DNA from: Octopus vulgaris
Taxonomy: Eukaryota
DNA length: 64,000 nt
Direction of reading: 5' to 3'
Assembly: GCA_951406725.2 (NCBI GenBank)
Contig: OX597826.1
Location: forward strand, 16,802,001-16,866,000
Shown: piece after piece, positions 53,300 to 64,000 of the stretch
Layout: the number at the start of each line of letters is the position of its first letter
How positions within the stretch are numbered: position 1 is the stretch's first letter
Translations under genes and position numbers: made by a program
The notes under the pieces: generated by a model
The model's database searches: none
The model's input: the letters and a program-made list of their open reading frames with translations, nothing else
What the model was told of the DNA's origin: nothing

Positions 53300-54365
53300 G
53301 CTTCAATTTCTCATTAAAAATGCTAAATACATTGACATTCAAGAACTTGAAAAACAACACCCAAGAATAAAAGGATACTGTACTATATATTTCAACTTTT
53401 AGGCCAAGAAATAGCAAATTTCTTACCAGCATATATCTAAGCTAGTATTTCCCAGCAAAGACGAAGCACAAAGAATGCTCTCCTATAAACGTCTGGCTAA
53501 GCATGGCCTTCTCGTATCCGACGCTAGCCCATCACGCTGTCCCCCAGCTACTGATTGTTTCCTCTACGTGAGAGCGTGAACAGGAGTTCTCAGCCTTAAA
53601 GGCCCCCAAGTCGAAGAGCCTGAACCGTCTTTCTGCGCTCAGCCATGATTTCTGATTCGCTGTGAGCAAGGTTATACACTTCGCATTAAATTGAGCTGTG
53701 TTCTTTGTTGTTAGTTCATTCGTGTTTTCTACTTGTGATTATATTAATATCTGATTGAATTGAGTCTTTCCGGAACCAGCTGGTATGCGGCGGCTGTACA
53801 AAACCTCCAAGTGGTAAATGATTACAAAAAGTTTGGGTAACACTGATCTAAGCCTACCAATTTTATTACAGGATAAAAAGATGAAAAAAGCCTCGGAAAA
53901 TCATTTGATTATAAAATGAATGTGACAGACAAATCCACTAAAAGTGTATTGGACAATGCAAAGCTGCATACTCAAAGGGCTGACCCTAGAGAAGTAAATG
54001 TAACCGGTCAAACTGTAAGCATCCACTTATTTTAAGGTCCCGATTTCCACCTCAAACGGAGCCCTACCTTTAAAGTTACAAGCAACTTCTGCAATTCGGA
54101 TAACCTAAACTACGTTGTAACATGTAAAATTTGCCGGAACACTACATCAGCTAACGGAAAAATAAGTAAGAAAATAGAATATCCCTACACCTGCAACAAA
54201 CCAGGAAACAACACACAAGAAAAGTACCCTTGAGTGAACATAGAAATCACTGTAGGACACATGTCTTACCCAAATACTTTATCTGCCCCTTCTACTAGTA
54301 CGGAACAGTAACAAACAAAGAAATATATTTTATTAACAAATACAAACCAAAACTCAATATATTAT
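53300..54365 (+). mobile_element. Penelope-like (Neptune-like) 3' fragment with GIY-YIG, interrupted by a MITE
   Basis: FKVTSNFCNSDNLNYVVTCKIC..HYI, PLSEH..HC, FINKYKPKLN. Confidence 0.8.
53443..53845. mobile_element. hAT-type MITE, ~403 bp
   Basis: Imperfect TIRs TAGTATTTCCCA / TGGGTAACACTG and perfect 8-bp TSD ATCTAAGC (53435-53442, 53846-53853). Confidence 0.85.
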
Positions 54366-54801
54366 GCTTTAGTGAACTAACAATACTGACTGTATAAGAA
54401 GAATGTTTTCTTTTCTGTTACACAAATGTAAATTCTCGCTAAATGTGAACTAAGTTGTAAGGAATGTCAATAACTACTCCAAGTGGAAAGAAACAGAAAT
54501 ATAGCCGTTAATATGATCATACTAATGTTCTTCTTGTATACTACTTTGTGACAGTATGAATACTGACAGCCACTCTCTCTTACATGTAGTACTGAAGATA
54601 TGTATATATTATATATATGGGTATATATATGTGTATATATAAATGTAAATACATAAGCAGATATGTATGTGTAAGTGTATGTACATATATAAATGCGCAT
54701 ATGCTTATTTGTGCAAATGTGTATGTATATATATATATGTATATTTATTTATATATAGTTCCATGGGTATATATTCATGTATATATATTTATAATTCCAT
54801 G

Positions 54802-54860
<59 letters not shown>

Positions 54861-55019
54861 TCGGGGTGAGTACTTGATAATTATAAGCATTGAGAGAAGA
54901 AAGAGATGGACGCTTCAATTCTATGCTGCTGCCGCATTATGTCGTATGTGAACGAGAGGATTTGCATCCCCAACCAAGAATTTTTGATGTAACACATGTC
55001 CTTGTGGAAGCTGTTATGC

Positions 55020-55098
55020 GCGGCTTGAAGAAGGCCACAGACATACATTATGCTTTGTTATAAATCTGTCTAATAAAGGCCCGAAACATATGTACCGC
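55020..55098 (+). ncRNA. Putative type I hammerhead ribozyme
   Basis: GCGG-CTTGAAGA-A-GGCC...GGCC-C-GAA-AC-ATAT-GT-A-CCGC. One extra U in the core, GUA triplet. Confidence 0.62.
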
Positions 55099-55136
55099 TG
55101 AATCCTTCGCATCATGTTTTTATTTTATTTTGATCA

Positions 55137-55183
<47 letters not shown>

Positions 55184-56348
55184 CTACAATTATATGTGTG
55201 TATGTGTGTGTAAATGTATATATGTCTGTATACCCTTCTGAATACACAGGTAGATGAAAACAGAATTACAAACCTTCGAGTGGTCCACCACAAAATTGCA
55301 CCGGATTTACTCCGCTAGTAACAAGAAGAGGGATACCTGCACAAACGCTACCCGATGATCTGCAATAACGCTACCCAAAATCATTGGTGTGACACTCTCT
55401 TGGAATAAATAACATCCTTGTATTAAAAAACAGAAATCGTTTAGTTTAGTTCACAAGCGACGAAAAAAAGCCCAAACCAGAATTGGATCAGCTATTTTGG
55501 AAACGTCATAAGCGACATGCCTATTTAATCATTAAACTACCGAAATCAAGGAAACCAGATTCAGATATGTAGCATATGACTTATTTTTCTGTCCTACAAA
55601 ACAAAAATACTTTTAGCCACAAAAGTCAAGCAAGTGTATGCTGATAGCTTTTTTTATATACAAAACACTTGAAGAACCATGTGACCTCTTATTTTACCTT
55701 GTTCTTCCGTCAGTATCACTTTTGTTATATAAAATAAATTATATGAATTATACATCTCACAATAAGAATGCATATACAAATATCATTTCACTTGAAGTGA
55801 AACTAAAACACTTATTCTGTGGAATCGTATCGTTATATTATTATTTTTCATTATAACATGTCATATTAAATGTTCATATATATATATATATATATACTAA
55901 TAATATAGGATGAAGTTTTTTTACAGAAAAAAAATTCCATCAAAAAAGTGGCACCATATTAAAATACTTTTAAAGGTTAAAATTATAAAGAACCTATAAA
56001 CAAGGGCAAAAGAAAATTATTTCTATGCCAATATGATGATAACAGACTTTTAAATCGTCAAATTCCACATATTATTATACACACTACAGAAGTACGTTGT
56101 GCTGAAATCGAGGAAAGCTAGCCAAAGTCTGTTATCAGCATATTTGCATATAAATAATTTTCTTTTGCCCTTGTTTATAAGTTGTATATATATTAAGGTA
56201 GAAATAGAAAGACATGGGTAACAATTTATCAAACTCTTCACAAATTTCGGACTATCACCATACAAATAGACTACAGCAGAGTTAACTTCCTGGACGCTAC
56301 ATATATATATGCGTGCAGACACACATACACACACACACACACACACAC

Positions 56349-56419
<71 letters not shown>

Positions 56420-56425
<6 letters not shown>

Positions 56426-57290
56426 GACGTTTGCGTCAATAACAAGCTTCAGAATTTTTCACCTCCACCAATTGAGGGACGATACCTATAGCCAACGAAT
56501 TAGTAAGGAGACTCTTTATCACAAAATACAGAACCCTTTTGAACGCATCTACAACAAACGACATATCCACCACGGCCTTAGAATAACACAAACACGCACG
56601 CAAATATAAAAAAATGATACATTCAAGACATAAACAAGAATTCATTAAAAAACTGTTCCAGTCACTGCTATAATCCACAACGAGCCACTGTTAGGTCACT
56701 TGACCATTTAACATCCTACTAATATCATATAACTTGCACCGTTTATTATTCTCTCTTCTCTTTCTCCTTCTTCTTCGTCTTCTTCCTTTTCGCCACCTCC
56801 TTCCTTACTTTACTACTATTGCTCTTTAGAATAACACCTACCCAAATATTATAAATAATACCTTCAAAAGAGATGTCTTAAGAATTCAATCACTACTACC
56901 ATTCACACCAAATCACTTTCAAGGCACTTGACCATCTAGCATCATACTACTATCATGTCACCACACATTCTCTTTCTTCTCCTACTCCTACGCTTCCTGT
57001 CCTCGTCCTCCTCCTCCTCCTCCATCTTCTTTTTATTTCTCTTCATCTCCTTCTTCTTCTTCTTCTTCTTCTTCTCTGCCAAGAATTCACAATGATCTCG
57101 AACGCACAAGAGTAAACAAGAGAGACAGAGACAGGCAGAAACAAGGAAAATGCCCCTTGTATTTGAATACTATGCGAATATTCTTTTAAAAACTTTTCTT
57201 TTTAGTTTTCAAAATTTAATTGTTTTCTATACTTACATTTGAAAAAGCCTCAATGACTGAAACCGGTATTGAAATGCTTTTTATAAAATC
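56420..57290 (+). mobile_element. Extreme 3' end of a Penelope-like element with a decayed hammerhead
   Basis: IFHLHQ...QRISKET..KIQ, similar to the PLE C-termini at 46000 and 54300. Ends in TTGAAAA-AGCC..GACT-GAAAC-CG-GTA. Confidence 0.5.
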
Positions 57291-57534
57291 ATTTTAGCAT
57301 TTTCTACCTTTATTTTTTTACATATATAAGTAGATATAGATATATAGTTATATACACGCGCGCGCATACACACATATTTATGTGAGCACGTGTGTGTGTG
57401 TGTGTGTGTGCTTGTGTGCGTGCACATGCGTGCGTCTGTGGGTATGACTTCACATATAGTCAAAGTCTCGGAACGTATGCTTGGAAAGAAATTGATAAGA
57501 TGGTTCATGGCATGATATGTCACAAACTGCAAGA

Positions 57535-58560
57535 CCTTGGTATTTTCTGGTATTAGCTGAAATGAGTAGCTGCATCATTTCCTAACACTGAGAAGTCAGG
57601 CAGCTGCATTCAATGATGCCCTGTCTAAAGACACATAAATTGTGACTGAAGTGTCTAGTAGCCATTACTGTTTATATTAACTAGACATTTCGATAGCTAT
57701 TCAGACAGCTACAGTCACCAGCTACGCCGCTGATAGCAAATTAGCACAGCCGATAATGAACCGTTACAACATTACGAGATTACAGAACACTGAGTAACAC
57801 AACATGCAATTTTATCGGGAAAATTTCAACCACTGCTCTGTATGGTCACAGATGCACCACAACCTGCATTTACAAGACCCGAAGGCACTGCAATCCCAGA
57901 GGCAGAGACAGTGAGAGACTTCGGTATCGGTATGAGTAATGAGTCATCATTTCATATCCACAGTACGAAGACTGATAAACAGTAAAAACAAGTGGTAGGA
58001 TTGATACTATAGTAGTTCAAGACAAAAGACCGTGAATTCATGTTGATACTGTGGAAGATATTTCTTCTCAGCGGCCTACACTACCGCTCTCAGAACTGGA
58101 CACCACATAGTGCCAAACCAACAGCGGGGCTTGAGGCGATCCAGCGTTACTACACTGAAAAAGATTGTAACAGTGTAGCTCATGAATTACAGGGCGGGGC
58201 TGGGAAAAGTGTAACTTTACTGCCTGGAGCTAAGATGCGAGAGACATCTGATAATTTACGTGTGAACAATTCTGGAAGGGTTAGTACTTAACTTTTGCAT
58301 CGAATGTTATACAAATGTTGGATGCTGCTGTGTTGTAACAAGGCTGTCATCCGCTACATCTAAAGTCAGGACAAAGTACTGAATGGGGTAGGATTCAAAA
58401 TTACACACCTTTTCAATACACTGTTAAAAGGAAAATAGGAGAATCTTACACAATGTCTTCAAACATAAACTGAACTTTCTTACAAAGGCAGCAGTGTGAA
58501 ACTCAATCTTACTCCAAATGGGCCAACAACCCCAGGAAAGTGCATGCAGGAGTGAAGAAA
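57535..58560 (+). mobile_element. Decayed CR1-clade LINE 3' part
   Basis: PLLFI, VTSYAADSK (YADDTK), VRDFGIGMS, LWKIFLLSGLHYRSQNWTPH, LEAIQRYYT. Confidence 0.8.
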
Positions 58561-59949
58561 TCAACCAAGCAGCAAAAACGTGAAAGTACAAAATCATGAT
58601 TGTGCTCCAACATAGCCGCATTCATACGGCTGTGGATATTGCGTTTGACCCTTGAATGCATCCGTTGGGATACCTGCGTGACATGCTGCATGAGAATTTT
58701 TGAACTAGCGGCGGACGCTTTCCGCATCCACATTTTACGGAGACTGATTTCTTCCAGAAAAAGAAAGAGACAAACCCAGGGAAAGAGAAAGATCGGCTGC
58801 AGTGGAGAGATGTGAAGCATAATTAATTGATCCAGAAAAATAATGCACTCCGGCGTTATATTTAATATCAGAGTGCAGAATGCAGATGGACCACCGTTCA
58901 AACGATTGAAAAATTAAGTATCAGCGTCAGCTGATTGCTTTCATTTAGCTCTGTTAGTTCTTTCTGTATAAAATGACTGATATAATTAGTTTTCAGTGCA
59001 TATATATTTACGCCTGCTTACCTTTTTATTTATATATCACTTTCTTGCGTTGATCATTCGGCTGAGAAAGAAAATTGGCACAGAGATTTTTGGCAAAAGT
59101 GTACTGTAAATGTATACCATATTTGATGAACCACAAAGGATAATGCTGACAAAGTATTCAATTAATCAACGGGAAATCTTTATCTTAAATCAAAGCGAAT
59201 ATATTTCGTCTAATAAAAGAAGGTTATAATACTTTAAGCTCTCAACACAAATAGCTGTGTAAGAAAGTTTAATGTGACAGAAAACTTGTAAATATTATGT
59301 GTCTTTTATTCTGGCACTTCACCAAAAATGTGTCACATGTACTGATATGCATTCTTCGTTTCACTGATTTAAGTTGATAGATTTGTCATTCAACAGTTTT
59401 ATACATTTTCAGAGAGTGTCAGCTTAATTTGGCAAGATATGAAACATTTGTCCTTTGCAGACTCCAATTGCGATTTTAATAAGAATCTATAAGCATAGCT
59501 TGTACCAATAAATTGTTCCGTAGGGGAAATTTTGAATGCCATTACTTCGAACATATAACCCGATTCTAAATCTTTAAAACTTAATTATCAGCGTTAGTAT
59601 CTGCTATAATATTTGCTTTTTGATGGTATAATATAACATGTTTAACAATTTCTAACATGTTTAACAATTTCTTTTTGTATAACGTATCACTTCTTTACAC
59701 CTTTGCTGTCATAGATTATTTCTAAAAGCTTTGTCAGAAGAAAGCAATGTGTGTATGACATTCAGAGCCTTTGATATTAGTGGGAACATGAGAAAAGCCG
59801 TTGTCAGACCGAAAACTTAATCATGATGTCTGCACTAGAGTGGGTTCCATTAAATATGCCCAAGGTTTAAAATAATTTATGAATACTCTGCGACTGGAAT
59901 GATATAGCAAACAACACGAAAATTAATAGTTTTATCATTCGTTTAATTC

Positions 59950-61430
59950 AGTTACAATTTACAATCCTTTACTGAAATACTGCTGTATATTTCAAAATCG
60001 CTCTTCATTTTTCACAGTGGAAGTAATTATATTCATTCACATAAATTGCAACTACTTTTCATTCAATCGCAATCTAATTGTTGTCTATCTTGTAACGTTT
60101 CTGTTACAGTAATTCTCCTCGTTCGAACGTCTTGTGTCTACCACAGATAACACAAATTTTATTACGCGATAACTTATATCTATTGCTGATATCTATTGCT
60201 TCTTATATTGAAAAATGCGAGTAGACCATTTATATTTTAAGGAAATTTTGGCCCCAAAGACTTACTGAATTATCAGTTTTCTCCTTCAGATGCCTTTATT
60301 AAATACATTGAGTACTTTCATGCAACTTGTTAATTTTATCTCCTTCAATACAATCCTGCAAAACATTGTTAACGTTTACTGCAGGTCCTTTAGGTACGTC
60401 AATGTTAAACAAAGTTTATGACAGCCATTATTTAGGGATGGTAAGTCATTCTAATCACTAGTAATGACCCAAATGAAAGCTTTTATGTTGTGTTCTGTAA
60501 TGTACATCTTTATAGACTTGCCATTATTTAAAAAGTCTATTATATATTTTATGCATTATGATCAATACCTCGATTTCATAAAACGGATTTTTCCGAAGGC
60601 TTAATGTTAAATACCGAATGTACAATACGTTGATACATATGCTTTAAAAACCGAGTTCATATTCAGGTTTGCAGTTCTATTGTGAGCTGAGCAGAGGTCC
60701 TGCATGAGAATATTCAAATTTTCCATCAAACCTACACATATAGGATAAGCTCTGGAAAAAATATTTCTATACCATTGTATAATAATCATGGTGATTACTC
60801 AGCCATTTTCATTTGCACGGTGTGTTATTGGAAAAATCTTAACACTTTTCAAAACTGTAGGTCTTCTACTTTCTCTTATCATGTACGGCTTACATATGTG
60901 TATGCCTGCTGCATTTGAATGTTCTAGAATCGCAACTGAATCTTTAGATCAATGGAAAATATCTGATCATATTTTCGTTCTTTCCTGTTAATATTCTATG
61001 TGTGCATTGCCAATATAACAGAGTTTTCTCTGAATTATACACCTGCTCAGAACACGTTTTTTTAAAACATATTAGTTCAAAAACACCTAATCTTCTTTGC
61101 TACCGAACTGATTTTATCTACATACAGTCTGCATGGAAATTGTTTAAGCCATCCTTCACTAAAATGAATATAATATTCAAAGGGAACTGCTTGTAAAAAT
61201 AGCTTATTCCCTTTATACAGAAACAACAAATCAACGCTGTTACTCCAACACTGTCGAAAATATTCTGTCCTCATTCGGTCATACTGAAGACTTTACCATC
61301 TTTCATAATTTTATTAATGCTCTTATGCTTTTGCTGTTATAGATCAATAATATAAGTCTTTACCGATTCGGATTATAAATAATCGGCACGCCAATAACAT
61401 AAGCATTATATAGGTTCTATACAGAAGCAC
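59950..61430 (-). mobile_element. Decayed Tigger/Jerky-like pogo transposase
   Basis: FSEGWLKQF (CENP-B-type HTH), KDSVAILEHSNAAGIHICKPYMIRESRRP..LKSVKIFPITHRANENG, YVSTYCT...IRFMKSRY, LNNGCHKL. Confidence 0.8.
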
Positions 61431-61636
61431 CATGGTTTTGGTTTTTCAACATTTTAAATTACCTTGCGTCGGTATTAGTTGGGACTAAACGTTCATAGTG
61501 TTACCAACACTTTTACGTGCTTTACCAAACAAGTAAACGTATGAAATATAAAAAATTCAAACTATAACCACTGAATGCTACGCTGCAAACAATCTAAGGA
61601 GGTCATTGGCAATGCTATCTGCAGTCAACGTGTATA

Positions 61637-61893
61637 CAGGGTGGCCCAAATGTAGGTTTACAGATATTCAACTATCTCTTTTGAAATAAAGAATGATGTA
61701 AATCAATTATCATATATTAACAGTTTAGATCTTAATTATAAAACAAAATATGAAACCATTATTCTATGCTAAGTTAGTTAATTTTGTCAAGCTCCCTTTT
61801 CAGTTTGTAAGATGGAAATTTAAATGTAATAAAATGTTTTCAAAGAAATTTAAAGTGCTTACGCGATAACTGTAAATTTAGTTTGGGGCCCTG
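61637..61893. mobile_element. Tc1/mariner-type MITE
   Basis: Imperfect TIRs CAGGGTGGCCCAAATGTAGGTTTACAG / CTGTAAATTTAGTTTGGGGCCCTG, flanked by TA on both sides. Confidence 0.7.
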
Positions 61894-62744
61894 TATTACA
61901 GGAGGTGTGTAATAATGCTAGGCATACACTCATCCACTCTCAACTAGGAATGTCTGAAAGGTTAATGACACGCCTGTACTATTCATGCCAGATCTGAACT
62001 AATATTTGGATAGGATATTCAATTTTATTATCTATTTTCAATAAAAATACTCTTAAATCTTCAAAAACTCACAGGATTCTAAACTGTCAAATATACTTTT
62101 AGATTATACTTTCGTCTTTCAACATGACAAAAGGCCGAGGGTCAAGTTGATATTGTGACACACTTTTAACATATGTCGTTCTGTTTAATTCTTATTTACT
62201 GAGGAATGAGAGGGAACGTTGCTTGAAACGTCATGGATTCAACTTCTTTTTCATGTTTAATAGATTTCGTTTAAACCGCTTCCTGTGTTTCATCTATATC
62301 ACCCCTAATTAAAAAGTAATATCGCTTTTTTTAAAGAATTTTTGTCGCAATACATTCAGCAGGTATTATGCTTTGTGTTAAAGACCTGCACAAGTTTTAG
62401 CTACTGTAACATATTTGTATGGCAATACACGATTGCATGAAAATTGATTGTATTAAATGAATTGCTTGGTTATATTTCTTACAACTTTTACGGTTTCTTG
62501 TAAGAGATGAGAATACGAAACCGATCTTCTCTTCGAATAAATTAATTTCTATTTTGGTGGTGCCTCGCATATTGGTTTCATATGAAAGATACTTAAGAGT
62601 TTGCAGGTCTTCAGTAAAACTCCTATACATGCGTACACACAAACATTTTTAGCCTTGAAAAAGAAGTCGGAGGGCTGAGCCTCCAACCAGGACTTTCATG
62701 ACACCCGTCAAACCAGGAAATTTTCAGCATCCCTCGTAACTCTC

Positions 62745-62826
62745 ACTCTTTCTCTCTCTTTCCCTCTCTCTCTCTCTCTCTCTGTCTCCCTGTATCTATT
62801 GATAGACAGGCAGACAGACAGATAAT

Positions 62827-62897
<71 letters not shown>

Positions 62898-62898
62898 A

Positions 62899-62932
<34 letters not shown>

Positions 62933-62936
62933 CATA
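62745..62936. repeat. (CT)n/(GATA)n/(CATA)n compound microsatellite
   Basis: Directly visible. Confidence 0.97.
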
Positions 62937-63299
62937 TCAAAATAAGCAACATCATATCAAGTAGTAGTGCAGTACTACCGTTTCAAGCTGCTCCATTTAA
63001 TTGAACAATGCAATCATTACATCAATTTAAATGCAGTGCCATCATCAGCTGTAGAAATAAATACATAGCATTTTAACCGATTATATTAATATAATTTCTA
63101 TCAAATACTTTAGCAAAGCAAGAAGAGGGAAGAAAATCATGTTGTCGCTATTGCAGTTAAGAATAGACTACGCTATCAAGAATTGCATGAAGTCCATTAG
63201 GGGTCATAACTTGTAAAAGATTGTAATTCATTTCTGTTTCATTTATCACTTTATCAAGTACTACATCTAAGATTAGAAGACTGTTTCTGTTTTGAATAA

Positions 63300-63540
63300 A
63301 GGGCAAGAGTGAGTTGAAAGCTCATGGCTAGGTATGGTCATAAATATTGTCATATGCATTCCTTTTTCTCAGGAGTAGTCACTAGGAGTAGTCAATTGGA
63401 TATAGAGTAACTGTCTATAAAAAAGAGGCTGGGTAGAGGAAGACTCAAAGTCATGATGTTCATTGCCAGTTAAAGGGGTAAGACGCTAAGAAACCTAGAC
63501 TGTTAATACAGAGGAAATCTTATCTTGGAATACTACGTGA
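63300..63540 (+). mobile_element. RTE-like LINE 3' remnant
   Basis: RYGH (RLxWYGHV) and LGRGRLK (GRGRPK) remnants. Confidence 0.4.
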
Positions 63541-63552
63541 TTGTCCTTTTAT

Positions 63553-63752
63553 ATTCTTTTACTTGTTTCAGTCATTTTGATTGTGGCCATGCTGAAGCAC
63601 CGCCTTTAGTCGAGTAAATCGACTCCAGGACTTATTCTTTGTACGCCTAGTACTTATTCTATCGATCTCTTTTGCCGAACCACTAAGTTACGGGCATGTA
63701 AACGCAGCAGCATCGGTTGTCAAGCACATACACACACACGCACACACACACT

Positions 63753-63829
<77 letters not shown>

Positions 63830-63991
63830 GACGGGCTTCTTTCTGTTTCCGTCTACCAAATCCACTCACAAGGGTTTGGTCGGCCTGAGGCTATAGTAGA
63901 AGACACTTGCCCAAGGTACCACGTAGTGGGACTGAACCCGGAACTATGTGGTTGGTTAGCAAGCTACTTACCACACAGCCACTCCTGCGCC
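63553..63991 (-). mobile_element. Family B SINE, full length
   Basis: Reverse complement of the 48815 copy, including the GGCGCAGGAGTGGCTGTGTGGTAAG head and CACGTAGTGGGACTGAACCC. Confidence 0.93.
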
Positions 63992-64000
63992 CTTGTTCAT

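Noticed and set aside
58509-58901. 130-aa ORF as a gene
   Set aside because: No recognisable domain. It overlaps the CR1 tail and at best a faint mariner C-terminal remnant.

Overview
AT-rich eukaryotic DNA packed with microsatellites. No intact host gene, rRNA, true tRNA or CRISPR array was recognised. The SINE families and the (TA)n/(CATA)n/(GATA)n/(AAT)n density suggest an Octopus-like cephalopod intergenic or intronic region (inference). The window is a transposon graveyard containing four tRNA-derived SINE families (two copies are trimers), a 5'-truncated R4/Dong-type retrotransposon inside an (AAT)n array, CR1 and RTE fragments, four decayed Penelope-like elements (PLEs), Tc1/mariner, pogo/Tigger and hAT fossils, three MITEs, and a non-autonomous Helitron that cleanly splits a CR1 reading frame. 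The most notable signals are: (1) several hammerhead-ribozyme folds of the minimal PLE type, including a near-canonical one at 52386-52478 and a head-to-head pair forming a 154-bp palindrome at 26052-26205; (2) an (AAT)n tract acting as a landing pad for two different elements; (3) trimeric SINEs, one flanked by a single target-site duplication; (4) a decayed RNase H1-like domain. Nearly all listed ORFs are microsatellite artefacts. Fossil boundaries are approximate and all family calls come from motifs read by eye.
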